Positions 38,769-51,912 are shown, counted from the whole stretch's first letter. The stretch is DNA of 63,984 nucleotides, filler included, from Octopus bimaculoides (GCF_001194135.2; 4 parts of 4 records of this genome joined end to end with filler, not necessarily neighbours in it); one strand, 5' to 3'. Notes: generated by a model not told the origin, from the sequence alone. Made by a program: numbers and translations.

Positions 38769-38857
38769 TAAATTTGCACCTAAAGCTCAAGGTTTGTTAT
38801 CCAAAGTGAAAAATAACTTTATTGTAAACATCTTTTTTTAATATTGAAAAGTTTCAA

Positions 38858-39052
38858 GGTAGCAAGCTGGCAGAATTGTAAGCATGCCAGGCAAAATACT
38901 TAGCAGCATGTTCTGAGTTCAAATTCTGCCGAGGTCAACTTTGCCTTTCATCCTTTTGGGGTTGATAAAATAAGTAACAAACACTGGAGTCAATGTAATC
39001 CACTTGCTGCCTCCAAAATTGCTGGCCTTGTGCCAAAATTTGAAACCAATAT
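38858..39052 (+). mobile_element. SINE family C, old copy
   Basis: Alignment to 36791 and 44670 copies. Confidence 0.82.
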
Positions 39053-39664
39053 TGAAAGATCTCTAGCTATATTACTGATGAAGTATTGCACATTTACAGA
39101 TCATCTGCTAGCTTTTAAATCAGTTTTTCTGAATTTCATTGGTAGTGCCCCTTTGGGGATACTATGAGCTTACAAGGGACAGCAAATATCAAGTGGACAC
39201 AATGGTGAAGTGCTGAGTGTTTAGAAGGGACATGATTTTTCTTAGAAATATATTTTAAACATATTTTCAAAAAAATAGCTTTGCTGGGATTAGAATATAA
39301 ACCAGACATAGTGTTGTCTGAGAACAGAAATATGACAGTATAATAAGATAAGGTCCACTATAATTTCATTATATGAGCTTCATACAGTCCCCCAGCTCAT
39401 CAGATCATGTTAAACAGCCCAACCTATGCCAGTATGGAAGATAGACATTAAATGATAGTGATGATGATAATTTGATGGCAATGATGACGACGACAACGAT
39501 GATGATGATGATAATGTGATGGCAATGATGATGATGATGATGATGACAGTGATGATGTTGATGAAGTTCTTTCTTTATTAGTTTCCATGAAAATTTAGCA
39601 TAGCAGCACTAAACCATAAAAGTATCTTAAGCTGCACATACCAGATGGGGTAGTGTAAGAAAAT

Positions 39665-39830
39665 AAAGCTCAGTGGTTAAGAGGCTTGCTTTGCAGCCAC
39701 ATGGTCTTTGTCTCAGTCGTCCCACTGTGTGGTACCTTGGGCAAGTGTCTTCTACTATAGCCCTGGGCCAGCTAATGACTTGTGAGTGAATTTAGTAAAT
39801 AGAAACTGTATGGCAGCCTCCCATGTGTGT
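39665..39830 (+). mobile_element. SINE family A, 5' half, old
   Basis: Alignment to other copies. Confidence 0.78.
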
Positions 39831-39939
39831 GTGTGTGTGTGTGTACAAGTTTGGAAGTTTCCTATTATTATTGCTAGTAATGCTGTTAATGTTTTATGTG
39901 AGACTGTTGCTATTATGCTTATTGCTACAGTTGATAGGC

Positions 39940-40325
39940 AAGGCTGTGTGGATAAGAAGCTTGGTTCCCAACAATGTTGTCTAGGGTTCAGTCACACCAT
40001 ATGGCACCTTGAGCAAGTGACTTCTACCACAGACCCAGGCTGACCAAAGCTTTGTGAGTGGAGTTGGTAGATGGAAACTAAAAGAAGCCTGTTGTGTGTG
40101 TATGTGTGCGTTAAGTTTGTCCTCTGCCACCAGTTGACAACTGGTGTTGGTTTGTTTGTATCTTTATGACTTAGCAGTTTGGCAAAAGAGACCCCAATAA
40201 AATAAGTACCAGGCTTAAAAATAAGTGCTAAGGTCTATTTGTTCAGCCAAACCCTTCAATTTAAGGTAGTGCCCCAGCATGGCCACAGTACAATGACTGA
40301 GACAAATAAAAGGTAAAAGATGAAA
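39940..40325 (+). mobile_element. SINE family A, old full-length copy
   Basis: Alignment to other copies. Confidence 0.82.
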
Positions 40326-40489
40326 ACATATATACACATACACACTTATACAGATACTCAGTAATAAGACACATACTCAGTAGGGTAAATTAGTTTTAGC
40401 AAGATATTTTAAACCTAAGTGCTCAACAGATGTTCATATAAATTATCTATTATTCAGCACTTTTGAAGAGGAGGAAGTACTCCATCGGT

Positions 40490-40780
40490 TTCAACAATGA
40501 AGGTCCCAGCTGATATGATCAATGAAACAGCTTGCTTGTGAGATTAACGTGCAAGTGGCTGAGCACTCCCCAGACACGTGTACCCCTGTTTACATATTTC
40601 TCCGAAAGATTCAGTGTGACACAGAGTGTGACAAGGCTGGCCATTTTTGCCAGCTGAGTGGACTGAAGCACCATGAAATAAAGTGTCTTACTCAAGGACA
40701 CAATACACCGCTGAGAATCAAACTTATGGCCTTATGATTGTGATCCAAATACTCTAACCACCAAGCCACACACCTTCACT
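40490..40780 (-). mobile_element. Mosaic SINE: family E head/core with family B 3' module
   Basis: Head GTGTGGCTTGGTGGTTAG..TGTCCTTGAGTAAGACACTT..CAGTCCACTCAGCTGGC matches 62880; tail CAGCCTTGTCACACT..GGTACACGTGTCT..GAGTGCTCAGCCACTTGCACGTTAAT matches 11840-11950. Confidence 0.8.
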
Positions 40781-40976
40781 TAAGTTTATACTGCAAAAGA
40801 ATAAATAGAAAGAGTCAACTTCTGCTACATGGTATATACTTCTTTTGGTACCTTTGCATTATTTTTTATTCTCAAGGTGAGCAGTGTTTGCAGCCTCGTT
40901 TCAATTGTTAGTCAAAGCCATTTTATTTCCTTTGTATTGCTAATACTTCTCCAAATTTGCCATTAAAATCCTCTAA

Positions 40977-41647
40977 CAGAGATTCTCAAACATTTTTTGT
41001 CTAAGGACCCCTTTTGATCCCTGTTTTATTCAGCCAGACCCCTATAGCCATTCGATATTAAGAAAATTCGTATTATATTTTTGTTGTTAAATATAATTAG
41101 GTATTGTATATAGTGGAGGCGCAAAGGCCCAGTGGTTAGGGCAGCGGACTCGCGGTCATAGGATCGCGGTTTCGATTCCCAGACTGGGCGTTGTGAGTGT
41201 TTATTGAGTGAAAACAACTAAAGCTCCACAAGGCTCTGGCAGGGGATGGTGGTGAACCCTGCTGTACTCTTTCACCACAACTTTCTCTCACTCTTACTTC
41301 CTGTTTCTGTTGTGCCTGTAATTCAAAGGGTCAGCCTTGTCACACTGTGTCACGCTGAATATCCCCAAGAACTACGTTAAGGGTACACATGTTTGTGGTG
41401 TGCTCAACCAATTGCACGTTAATTTCACGAGCAGGCTGTTCCGTTGATCGGATCAACTGGAACCCTCGACATCGTAAGCGACGGAGTGCCAACCAACCAA
41501 CCAACCAACCAACCATTGTATAAAGCAAAATTGTTAAAATATTTTGTGTATTACTGAAGTATAAGCAATTTATTGCACACAAACTTTAACAGCAAAATCT
41601 TATGTGCACCCCACAAGGGTCATATGGACACTGGTTGAGAACCACTG
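40977..41647. mobile_element. hAT-Charlie-type MITE interrupted by a SINE
   Basis: Termini CAGAGATTCTCAAAC / GGTTGAGAACCACTG; CTCTAACA at 40971-40978 and 41648-41655 fits an 8-bp TSD (left copy overlaps the eroded TIR). Confidence 0.72.
41113..41514 (+). mobile_element. SINE family B with (AACC)n tail
   Basis: Near-identical to 11618-12000; ATTGTATA on both flanks. Confidence 0.92.
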
Positions 41648-43479
41648 CTCTAACAGCTGAAACTTACTAGCTGAAAGCCCAAACTAGCATCACCATTCCA
41701 AAATACTCTATAGATGTAATAAGAGTTTTACAAGTTTGTCTTAAATACATGTATTTCATGCATCTAAAACACATAAAATACTAAATGGTATTAAAATTTT
41801 AGTAACTTCTGATTTCAGAATTGTCAATATTAAGTGCCACAATATTTGCTAGTATAACCTGAAGATATGTCAGAATTATCAAGTTTTACAACTTTTAAAA
41901 TGTCAGAATTTTAAATATTGATTTGTTAAGTACAAGACCAATACTTTCAAGAAAAATTAAATATCTGTAGTGTAACTACAGCAGGACTTGAATTCAGAAA
42001 CTAGAATATGACTAAATGTAATGGATTTAGTTCAGTTGTCTACTCTCAGCATTTTGTGTTATTCTCGTATTTTAAAAACTGATGATGGCAGAATAATTGG
42101 CATTTTCAATTTGAAGAAATTCTTTCCTCGGCTTTTGCAATTCTTATAACTGTGGGATTGACAAATATCGTTTTGTTGACTGTTCAAAAGTTTTAATATT
42201 TTAGTTTGATGATTGTAAAATTAGAACATTTTTTATAATTTAACATATGTGAAGCCGTGAGATTTTTTTGTTAAGATATCTAAGGGTTACCTAAATTTTG
42301 ATTTTTATAACTAAGTTCTCAAAATGATGAACTTTCCAGAATTACAAGTTTACATGACCATTAACTTTAAAAAAACTTTAAATTTCTTGACTAAGCTTCT
42401 TAGCATCTCTTATTTTGTTGATCATGGAAATTTCATAATTATCAGTTTTGTTAAATTAGATTTCACAGAATTTTCAGTTAAAGATTGCCATTTAATGATG
42501 CTTCATATCCATTTTTTTTTTTTCTTTTAATGTGGAATTATCAAGATTCTTGGCCATGTTTCTAAATTAAATTACCAGAATTCTCAATGTTGTCATGTAT
42601 AAATATGACTGAATTCCAATTTGATGAGTGAGGGCCAGACAAAATTTCAGCATTTGAATTTGATGATAACAGAATGTTCTAATTATCAGTTCTAATGAAC
42701 CCAAGATTATCAGAATAAATTATCAATTGCATTAATTACTAACCAGTCAAAATTTTTGCTTTTGATATTCACGAAACCTCTAACATTTTCAAATTCAATT
42801 TTCTCTACTTTTCTCACATCATTTGATGAATGTATACACAAAGTGAATACGTCTACTACTATCTAGGCAGATTTTTCTTTAAAGCTATACTTCAAAATGC
42901 AACTTACATGAAACAAAATCAATATTAATCTATATCATGCAAGTGTGACAGACAGATTTCATTGTTTGATGTTACCTAATCATATGCATCTAACTTTTGA
43001 GTTCTGGACTGGGGTCAAGATAGAGTTCAAAGGTTGAGAGCCAATAGTAGAATAAATATTTTATTTCCAACAAAGAACAGAAAGCTGGTAATTGAGATGC
43101 TTTAGATGAAATGCATAATGACAGGCACAATATTCAATAATTGACTGTTGATTGAGTAGGAAACCTCATTTTCCCATATCGGAAACTGGATGTATAAGTA
43201 TATATACTGACTATGCTCACTTGGTACTTCCTCGTTCACTACATATAAACAAACAGTTAAAGTTTACTTTTCTAAGAAGGACAAACAATTTATATTTGAA
43301 CATTTTTCTGAATACAACTGCATTATGCTTAATACATATTAAAAATTTTGAAACCTAAAATATGAATTTGCATGACTATTAATTGACGAAAAAAAAAATT
43401 AATTTCTTGACAGCGTGTCTGTTAGTATTGTCAATGTTGTTGATCATAGAAGTTTCATAATTGTCAATTTTGATCAATA

Positions 43480-43635
43480 GGATTGTGTGGTAAGAAGTTT
43501 GCTTCTCAACCACATGATTCTGGGTTCAATCCCACTGCATGGTACATTGGGCAAGTGTCTTCTACTATAATCCCAGGCCGATCAAAGCCTTATTAGTGGA
43601 TTTGGTAGACAGAAACTGAAAGAATCCAGTTGTGA
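43480..43635 (+). mobile_element. SINE family A, 5' half, old
   Basis: Alignment to other copies. Confidence 0.8.
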
Positions 43636-44237
43636 TTGATTGATTGAGTGGTAAGTGTGAGAGGCCAAATCTGGCTGGTTTGAACATAAAACAAATAGAA
43701 TATTTTAGCCAGATATGGCCAGTTTAAATGCTAAAGGGTTAAAGTCTATTTCATGTGGTTATATTATTTCATGGAAAGATGAAAGTAGGATAAAATTATG
43801 GTAATGAAGAATTGGTGGGGGGGACATTTAGTGAGATGCGCCAAGAAATTTAGGAAATGGGTCACAAACTTGTTGTTGTTGTTGTTGTTTTTGAAGTGAT
43901 GGTGGGGCACCCGATGAGTGTGAAAATATGTTGGAGTGGGAGAAATATAAACAAACTTAAAATGTGCAGCAGATGTTCTGTATCATGAGGATTGGAACAG
44001 AATATATAAACACTCTTATTTGAACATAATTTTATAACATGAATATTAAGATATTTAATTGGTAGAATATTATGTTTATAAATAGAGCCGGAAATGTAAA
44101 ATAAGAGATACATAATGTTGAAATATATTTGCAACACACTCTAAATATATGCCTCCATCAGGCAGTCATTGTGGTACTAGTATAAACAGGGCATAGACAA
44201 CTCAATGATTGGGGAAGAATTGAAGACAAGATTAATA

Positions 44238-44263
44238 TCTATATATATAAAAATGAGAATGTG

Positions 44264-44302
<39 letters not shown>

Positions 44303-44521
44303 GTGAATCCCTAAAACTCGAGAACTACGCAACCAATTTCATTCAAATTTTACACATGCCTTACTTAGGGTTCCAGTTGTGTTTTAGTCAAAAAAAATTA
44401 TTAACTTCTTGCAGAGTTCGAGCACACGGCAACATAATATCTCCTCCACTATTTAAGTATTACGTGTCAAAAGTGAAACAAAAACACTCATGTCAAATAC
44501 TTTCACTTTAAAAATGAAACT
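44238..44521 (+). mobile_element. 5' end of non-autonomous Helitron-like (DINE-1/HINE-type) element
   Basis: A|TCTATATATATAAAAATGAG, (GTCT)n microsatellite, AACTCGAGAAC..ACCAATTTCATTCAAATTTT; truncated by linker. Confidence 0.6.
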
Positions 44522-44621
44522 NNNNNNNNNNNNNNNNNNNNNNNNNNNNNNNNNNNNNNNNNNNNTTAATTAATTAANNNNNNNNNNNNNNNNNNNNNNN
44601 NNNNNNNNNNNNNNNNNNNNN
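44522..44621. other. Artificial assembly linker N44-TTAATTAATTAA-N44
   Basis: Same as 24270-24369. Confidence 0.9.
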
Positions 44622-44669
44622 AAGAATGTGATTCATAGACACAGGTCATGATTTAGACCGGATTGTTAA

Positions 44670-45100
44670 GGCAGCGAGTTAGCAGAATCGTTAGCATGCT
44701 TGAAAAAAATAATTTCTTGCGGTATTTCGTCCATCTTTTCGTTTTGAGTTCAGATTCCACTGACGTCGAGTTTGCCTTTCATCCTTTCTGGGTCGATGAA
44801 AAAAGTACCAATTGAGTATTGGGGTAAATATAATCAACTGACCTACTCCCACGAAATTGCTGGCCTTGTACTATAATTTAAAATCATTATTTAGTGAAGA
44901 TTATTTAACCGGCAGAATTGTTAGCGGGACGGGTGGAATGCTTAGCGACGTTTCTTTATGTTCTGAGTTCATGTGCCGTCAAGGCCAACTTTGCCTCTCA
45001 TGCTTCCGGGGGTCGATAAAATAAAGTGACAGTCAAGCATTTGCGTTCATGTTATCGACTGGCTCTTACACCTCCAAACTGCTGGCCTTGTGCCAAACTC
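44670..45100 (+). mobile_element. Two tandem SINE family C copies (44670-44890, 44908-45100)
   Basis: Both show GGCAGAAT.GTTAGC head, TTTGCCT.TCAT.CTT core and GCTGGCCTTGT tail. Confidence 0.82.
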
Positions 45101-45604
45101 AGAAAGACTTATTCTGCGTGAGCTGCAATTGTCGCGGTAAATATAGCAATGCAAATAGAACCGAGTTCAATTCTTCCCTCAAAAGAATAATAGATCTTTA
45201 GGGGACTGACGATTCAGTCTGGTATTAGCTGTCAGTCTTAGAGTGTGATTACGTTCTCAAGTGCAGGCTTTATTCGGAGTGGAGTGTTACTTTCTTGTGA
45301 AAGCAATGTAATGTAGATTCTACAAAATATAAATAACAGCAACAGAGCATCAATTTGCTAAGCAGCAAAATATTCCTCAAATCTTACCTTAATCTTTTAA
45401 AAGCAAAAAATAGATAAGAATAAAATGGCGCACATGGCACGACATCAGGGTCGGATTAAGACTCATAGATTCTCAAAGAACTTGGCATATCTTAGTGACC
45501 CATATTTTTAAATAAATGTAAACAAAAATAAGCAGTAAAATAAATGTTTACTTTTCAGCACGGAACAAAAGTAACGGAAGGATAGAAAATGATGTCTCGT
45601 TTTG

Positions 45605-45813
45605 TATACTCTTTTATTCTTTTACTTGTTTCAGTAATTTGACTGCGGCCATGCTGGAGCACCGCCTTTAGTCGAAGAAATCGACCCCCGGACTTATTCT
45701 TTGTAAGCCTAGTACTTATTCTATCGGTCTCTTTCGCCGAACCGCTAAGTTACGGGGAGGTAAACACACCAGTATCAATTGTCAAGCGATGTTGGGGGAC
45801 AAACACAGACACA

Positions 45814-45901
<88 letters not shown>

Positions 45902-46075
45902 CATATATATGACGGGCTTCTTTCAGTTACCGTCTATCAAATCCACTCACAAGGCTTTGGTTGGGCCGAGGCTACAATAGAAGACACTTGCTCAAGGTGC
46001 CACGCAGTGGGACTGAACCCGGAACTATGTGGTTGGTAAGCAAGCTACTTACTGCACAGCCACTCCTGCGCCTAT
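45605..46075 (-). mobile_element. SINE family A, full length, young
   Basis: Close match to 22855-23280. Confidence 0.92.
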
Positions 46076-46529
46076 ACTTCACATTTTTTTATATTTGGAA
46101 AGTTTTCTCCTACTTCCTTTAATTACAAAGATTTTGATCAAAATTTCACTATGAAGCCTTCGAAATTATATTTCCGATTATATAAACCACTTCGAATATT
46201 ATTTTAGCAAGTTTAGAGTGATTTATTTTTTGCCGTAAACTATTTACCATTTACCTCGATGTTCTACGCATGTATTTATGTTACTTAATGATTAATCCAG
46301 CACTGCACTATTATGAATCGTAAGCAACAGTTTGGAAAAGAAAAAGAGAAAACAGGAATGGTGTGATCTTGACCTGAAATCGAGAAATGCCATAACAATT
46401 CTGTGATTTAACTCGACCTTTCCTCCTACCACTAAAGCTGTGCTGACCTGATATTTTGTTACTGTTAAAAGGCGAGTAGGTCGGTGGAAAGTCTATAAAG
46501 TTCAAGTAGATGAGTTACATGCAAATATA

Positions 46530-46900
46530 ATGAGACAGCTGCGACAGATTATGCATAACACTCAGCTTGGCAAAGAACAGCAATAAGGGGCTCCTACGGC
46601 GTGTTTGTGTGCCTTCTATGATGGAACATCCTCATTGATAGAAACTTATGCTGGCTGGGTCGCATACAGAGGATGGACAACAATAGATGACTCGCACAAC
46701 TTCTTTACTCCCAAGTATGCAAGGGGGATAAAAACCATGGAAGAACCTAGTCTAAGATTCAAAGATACTGCAACAAAGCGATTATGAAGTAGAAAGGAAT
46801 TGGTCATGACAAATAGCAAACCCAAGCGAAAAACCGAGCAGTATGGAAAATAATTACCAAGTTATGCCAAAGCAGCCATAAACAGAGTCGTGACGACTGG
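46530..46900 (+). mobile_element. RTE-like LINE 3' ORF remnant
   Basis: LCWLGRIQRMDNNR*LAQLLYSQ..GR..KNRAVWK resembles LRWLGHV.RM...R.PKQLLY..GRP..DR..WR. Confidence 0.65.
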
Positions 46901-47519
46901 TTGCAGATAATTGGTCAGTAGAAACAATAAAACATTAGAAAAATACATTATTTACATTATTTACATTTGACGGATATTTGTCCTCATCTTATAAGAAATA
47001 TTAATATTTCTAAATCTCTCTAAAGGAGACTACGGCAGCTGTACTGGATATTAATAGTTACCGCCAAGCCAACATGGCAGTCCAGGAAAATAGAACGAAG
47101 GCTGCCGTTGATTAGCTCCAAGAGGCCATCATCTCCAGCTAGCTATGTGACACACGAACCTGTGTCCATTATAACCTACGAACAGGAGAGGTCAGCGGCT
47201 TCTCCTTGCTGGTTTGGCATCTACATTGATAAGGGGCAAATACCTTGAAACTAGTCTGTTGATGCCAGACCAGCAAGGGGAAGTGACTGAAATCCCAAAG
47301 AAACCCCAAAGGGAGGTTCCACTCGCTGCGTAGTGGAGGGCTGTGATCTCGAGCACCTGTCATGACCTTTGCCTTATCCGAGGCAGCGGCTTCGTTAATG
47401 ATACCAGGTGATAATTTAGTCCTTTTTGGGGGAAAAAAATCTCTAACGATCAGGCTGATTGGAAATGGATTAAACACCTGTGAACAGGAATCAATTGGAG
47501 TGGAGTCAACTTGAGGCTA

Positions 47520-47765
47520 TAATCCCTTTTTTCCTCCTTCTCCTTCTCCTCCCACCACAGTCATCTTTCTCACCACCAAATCTCCCCCCACCACCACCAC
47601 CAGTATCCCCTCCATCACCGACTCCACCAACATCACCTTATCCATCATCTCTTCTTCTACCACAAAAACTACCGCCACTACCACCACCACCACCATCACC
47701 TCCTCCTCCTCCTCCTCCATCATCATCATCAACATCATCATCGGTGAATGACAACAACAACTACA
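47520..47765. repeat. (CCT/CCA/CAT)n trinucleotide low-complexity tract
   Basis: Direct read. Confidence 0.9.
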
Positions 47766-48215
47766 TCAACACTATGATAAACTGTGTCGGTTTTTGGAGG
47801 ATGTCTTCTCTCTCAGTAGAAGTTAATCTAATGTACACACCATTGATCTCTATTCGATAAAACACTGACTACAGGTTATTGACTATAGGTTATTGTACTC
47901 AAGTTTGTATCTGCAGCCAGGCATTCTACATTAGTGGCGATTATACTTACTTCCAGGTCACATGAATTCCGTGTCTCACCGAAAGAACTACCAAAGTGTG
48001 CTTTCACATAAATAAAAGCTGACGAACATTACTCAGCCTTCCGAGGAAATTAAATCAATGGAAACGTGGCAACAAAGGGTTATTCTGAAGCAACACTTTA
48101 CAATGCAGTCTTGTAGTGTTGGATTTCTTAAATAAGCGAAACTATTCTTTATCTATTTAATCATTTAAGTCACTCTGATGGGACATCGAACGGAGTAATA
48201 TTGAACCCTACTTAA

Positions 48216-48400
48216 GGCGGTGAGCTGGCAGAATCGTTAGCACGCCGGACGAAATGCTTAGCGGTGTATCGTCAGTCTTTACGTTCTGAGTTCAAATTAC
48301 TCCGAGGTCGGATTTACTTTTCATTCTTTCGGAGTCAATTAAAATTAGATACCATTGAAAAACAGGGGTCGATGTAATCGACTGGTCCCCTTCCCCAAAA
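48216..48400 (+). mobile_element. SINE family C
   Basis: GGCGGTGAGCTGGCAGAATCGTTAGCACGCCGG head plus core. Confidence 0.88.
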
Positions 48401-48606
48401 TTACATGCATGCATACACAAATATATATATATATATATATACGTGTATGTGTGTATCCGTGTGACGATTACGCATGTGTGCGTCTGTATTTCTGTGTGTG
48501 TGTGTGTGTATGTGTGTGTGTGTATGTGTGTGTGTACGAGTGTGTATTTTGATATCTGTGTGTATCTGTGTGCACGAGTGCGCATATCTGCGTCTGTATT
48601 ACTGGG

Positions 48607-48644
<38 letters not shown>

Positions 48645-49627
48645 TATCTGTGTGCACAAGTGCGCGTATGTGTGTCTGTTTTCTTGTGTGTGTGTGTGCG
48701 TGTGTGTGCGCGTGTGTTTGAATATATGTGTATGTGTGTATCTATGTTCACGAGTGCACATATTTCCATCTGCATCCCTGAGTATGTCTCTCTCTCTGTG
48801 TTTTAATATATGTGTATGCGTAAATCTGTGTGCACGAGGTCGTGTATTTGAGTCTGTATTCCTGGGTATGTTTGTGTGTGTGTGTGTGTGTGTGTGCGTG
48901 TTTGTGTGTGTTGTGTGTGTCTGTGTGTTCTATCTTTTAAACCATTCCTCTGCGCTCGCGTCTTGGGGCACCAGATTGCAGGATATATATAAACTTCAAC
49001 GCATTTTATCTTTCACCAAAATATAAACTGTACATGTTGAATTGATTCAAGATAAGAATACAAATTTAAAAGAATCTTAGTGAATAACACGATGTTATCT
49101 ATTTGAATTCTACTGCTTCTAATATTCCACTACCTCACTCTGAGATATTTGATGACGATTCTTCGAGATGGGTTTACGGACAGGGTTGCGTCTCAAAAAT
49201 TTGGTTCTAGATTGGTTAATCTCCTGCTGATGTCTTGATAGTAATGAGTGTGTGTCGTGCCCGGTTAAATTCTGATGCGACTTTTTCTACGGTCATGGTT
49301 ATTCGGTTACTGTGCATATCAAGGGCAATACTGCCCAGAATAACTTTGAATTAAATCAGCGCTGACTGATTTTAAGGTTATTTTAGTGCTGTATGTAGCT
49401 GATCGGTAAACGAGGGCGCGATTACATAGTTACAGTAAATAAGATGCTAAAATAAACAACGCCATTAATAAGTCCCTATCTATGTGAGAAGCCATCTCCT
49501 TCTTGAGAGGAGTTCCTATTTGTTGTAAAACATGCCAGCAGAATATATACAAATTAGCTAATTTTGAGTTACTCTTTCACTGCTTTGAAACCTAAGGACT
49601 GCGGTAAAGTTTAGCTCCAAAATACTC

Positions 49628-49692
<65 letters not shown>

Positions 49693-50575
49693 NNNNNNNN
49701 NNNNNNNNNNNNNNNNNNNNNNNNNNNNNNNNNNNNNNNNNNNNNNNNNNNNNNNNNNNNNNNNNNNNNNNNNNNNNNNNNNNNNNNNNNNNNNNNNNNN
49801 NNNNNNNNNNNNNNNNNNNNNNNNNNNNNNNNNNNNNNNNNNNNNNNNNNNNNNNNNNNNNNNNNNTATATATATATATATATATATGCATTAATATAAT
49901 TTTAAGTGGAAGCATTGGTTGACATTCACGGAGAAATTTGCTTCATAAGAGAGAGAAATACATACATATACACACACACATACATACGCACATTCACACA
50001 TATACAGACCATGTGTATTTGTATGCGTGTGTCCATGTGTGTGTATGTGTGTGTGTGTGCGTGTGTAAAACTGTGCCAAAGAAATTTGAGAGCAGGCAAG
50101 TTTGTATGGAAGAAGAGTAAAGGTTATGTAGATCAGGATCTTGATTTCAATTTATCTTTAGGAAACCTAATTGATGTAAATATTATAATTTAAAATATGG
50201 ATAAAGAAAACAAAACAGACACTCGACGGTGTGTTGAAGACGAACGACGTTTCTTGCATTCGTCAAGATATATTCGTTATTTTCCTCGGTTTTTCTTGCT
50301 GCCCAATTAAATATAAGCCTCCTGCATGTATTTATACACTATATTTGCAATTATTTGGAAGTATATTATCTGGGAAATGGTACAAAGTGTATATAGATGT
50401 GTGTATGTATGCATACGTGCATTTCAGGGAGTTTGTGCAGTGCGTCATTCTCCTTCTCTCTCTCTCTCTCTCTCTGTATATAAGTATGTGTATATATATG
50501 CATATATATGTATATATTTATATATGTATATCTATATGTATATGTATATATATCTATCTAACTGTCTGTCTATCC

Positions 50576-50633
<58 letters not shown>

Positions 50634-50788
50634 TTATCTATCTATATGCCAATCCAAGTATACATATAGGCGAACATATATGTGTATGGGTATGTACATA
50701 GATATAATAAAATATAATATAATACGATATAGTATAATATATATACATATATATATATACATATATATATACATATATAAATACATAC

Positions 50789-50836
<48 letters not shown>

Positions 50837-51084
50837 CTATATATGCATACATATATATATGCAATTAATATAATTTTAACTGAATGCATTGGTTGACATT
50901 CACGGAGAAATTTTACTCCATAAGAGAGAGAAATACATACATACATACACATACATATACACACACAGAGACTAAATGATATTTACACATTTATTCCATC
51001 ACAAATATATATGTACGGTGTATACATTTATTCCATCATACACGCACACGCGCACACACACGCGCACACACACACACACACGCT

Positions 51085-51167
<83 letters not shown>

Positions 51168-51912
51168 GTACATTCTGACATATAGCTAGCTTAAATGCAT
51201 CCAGGAATATCAGTTTTCATCTGTTATTTTCCTGTTGATCACGTGAAAGAAGACATATATAGATAGCACTCTCTATGAATAGAGGAAGAGAATCCGTGTA
51301 TGCTCTTATATGTTGTGTATGATATTATTTTCTTACTATAGTTTCCATTTTGGAGAGGAAATATGAACATACGTCCAATGATTTTGAATGAATCATCTTG
51401 AAAAATATGAGAATGGTTCAAATGTATTAATGGAATACAGTTTAACATTCAATCAATCATATTTTTAAGCATAGAAGCATGGCTTTAAGTATACATGTAT
51501 GTATATATTAATCTCTTTCGTTCTTTTTTACATATATTATCATCCTCTCTGCTGTGATTTCAAGATATGAATATATGAAAACAAGTGTGCATGTACATTT
51601 ATGTATGCTATTATTCAGTTTACTTCAAGATTTCTTGCCTTTAGAGAAAGAAACGGTTTCTAACCTAGATCCAAGGCTCCTTCATTAGAATTTCAACATC
51701 AACAACAGGGTATTTTTGTCTGTCTGTATGTATGTATGTATGTATGTATATATGTATGTATGTACGTATGTATGAGGNNNNNNNNNNNNNNNNNNNNNNN
51801 NNNNNNNNNNNNNNNNNNNNNNNNNNNNNNNNNNNNNNNNNNNNNNNNNNNNNNNNNNNNNNNNNNNNNNNNNNNNNNNNNNNNNNNNNNNNNNNNNNNN
51901 NNNNNNNNNNNN

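Noticed and set aside
47480-47860. Proline-rich 126-aa ORF
   Set aside because: Translation of a CCA/CCT/CAT microsatellite.
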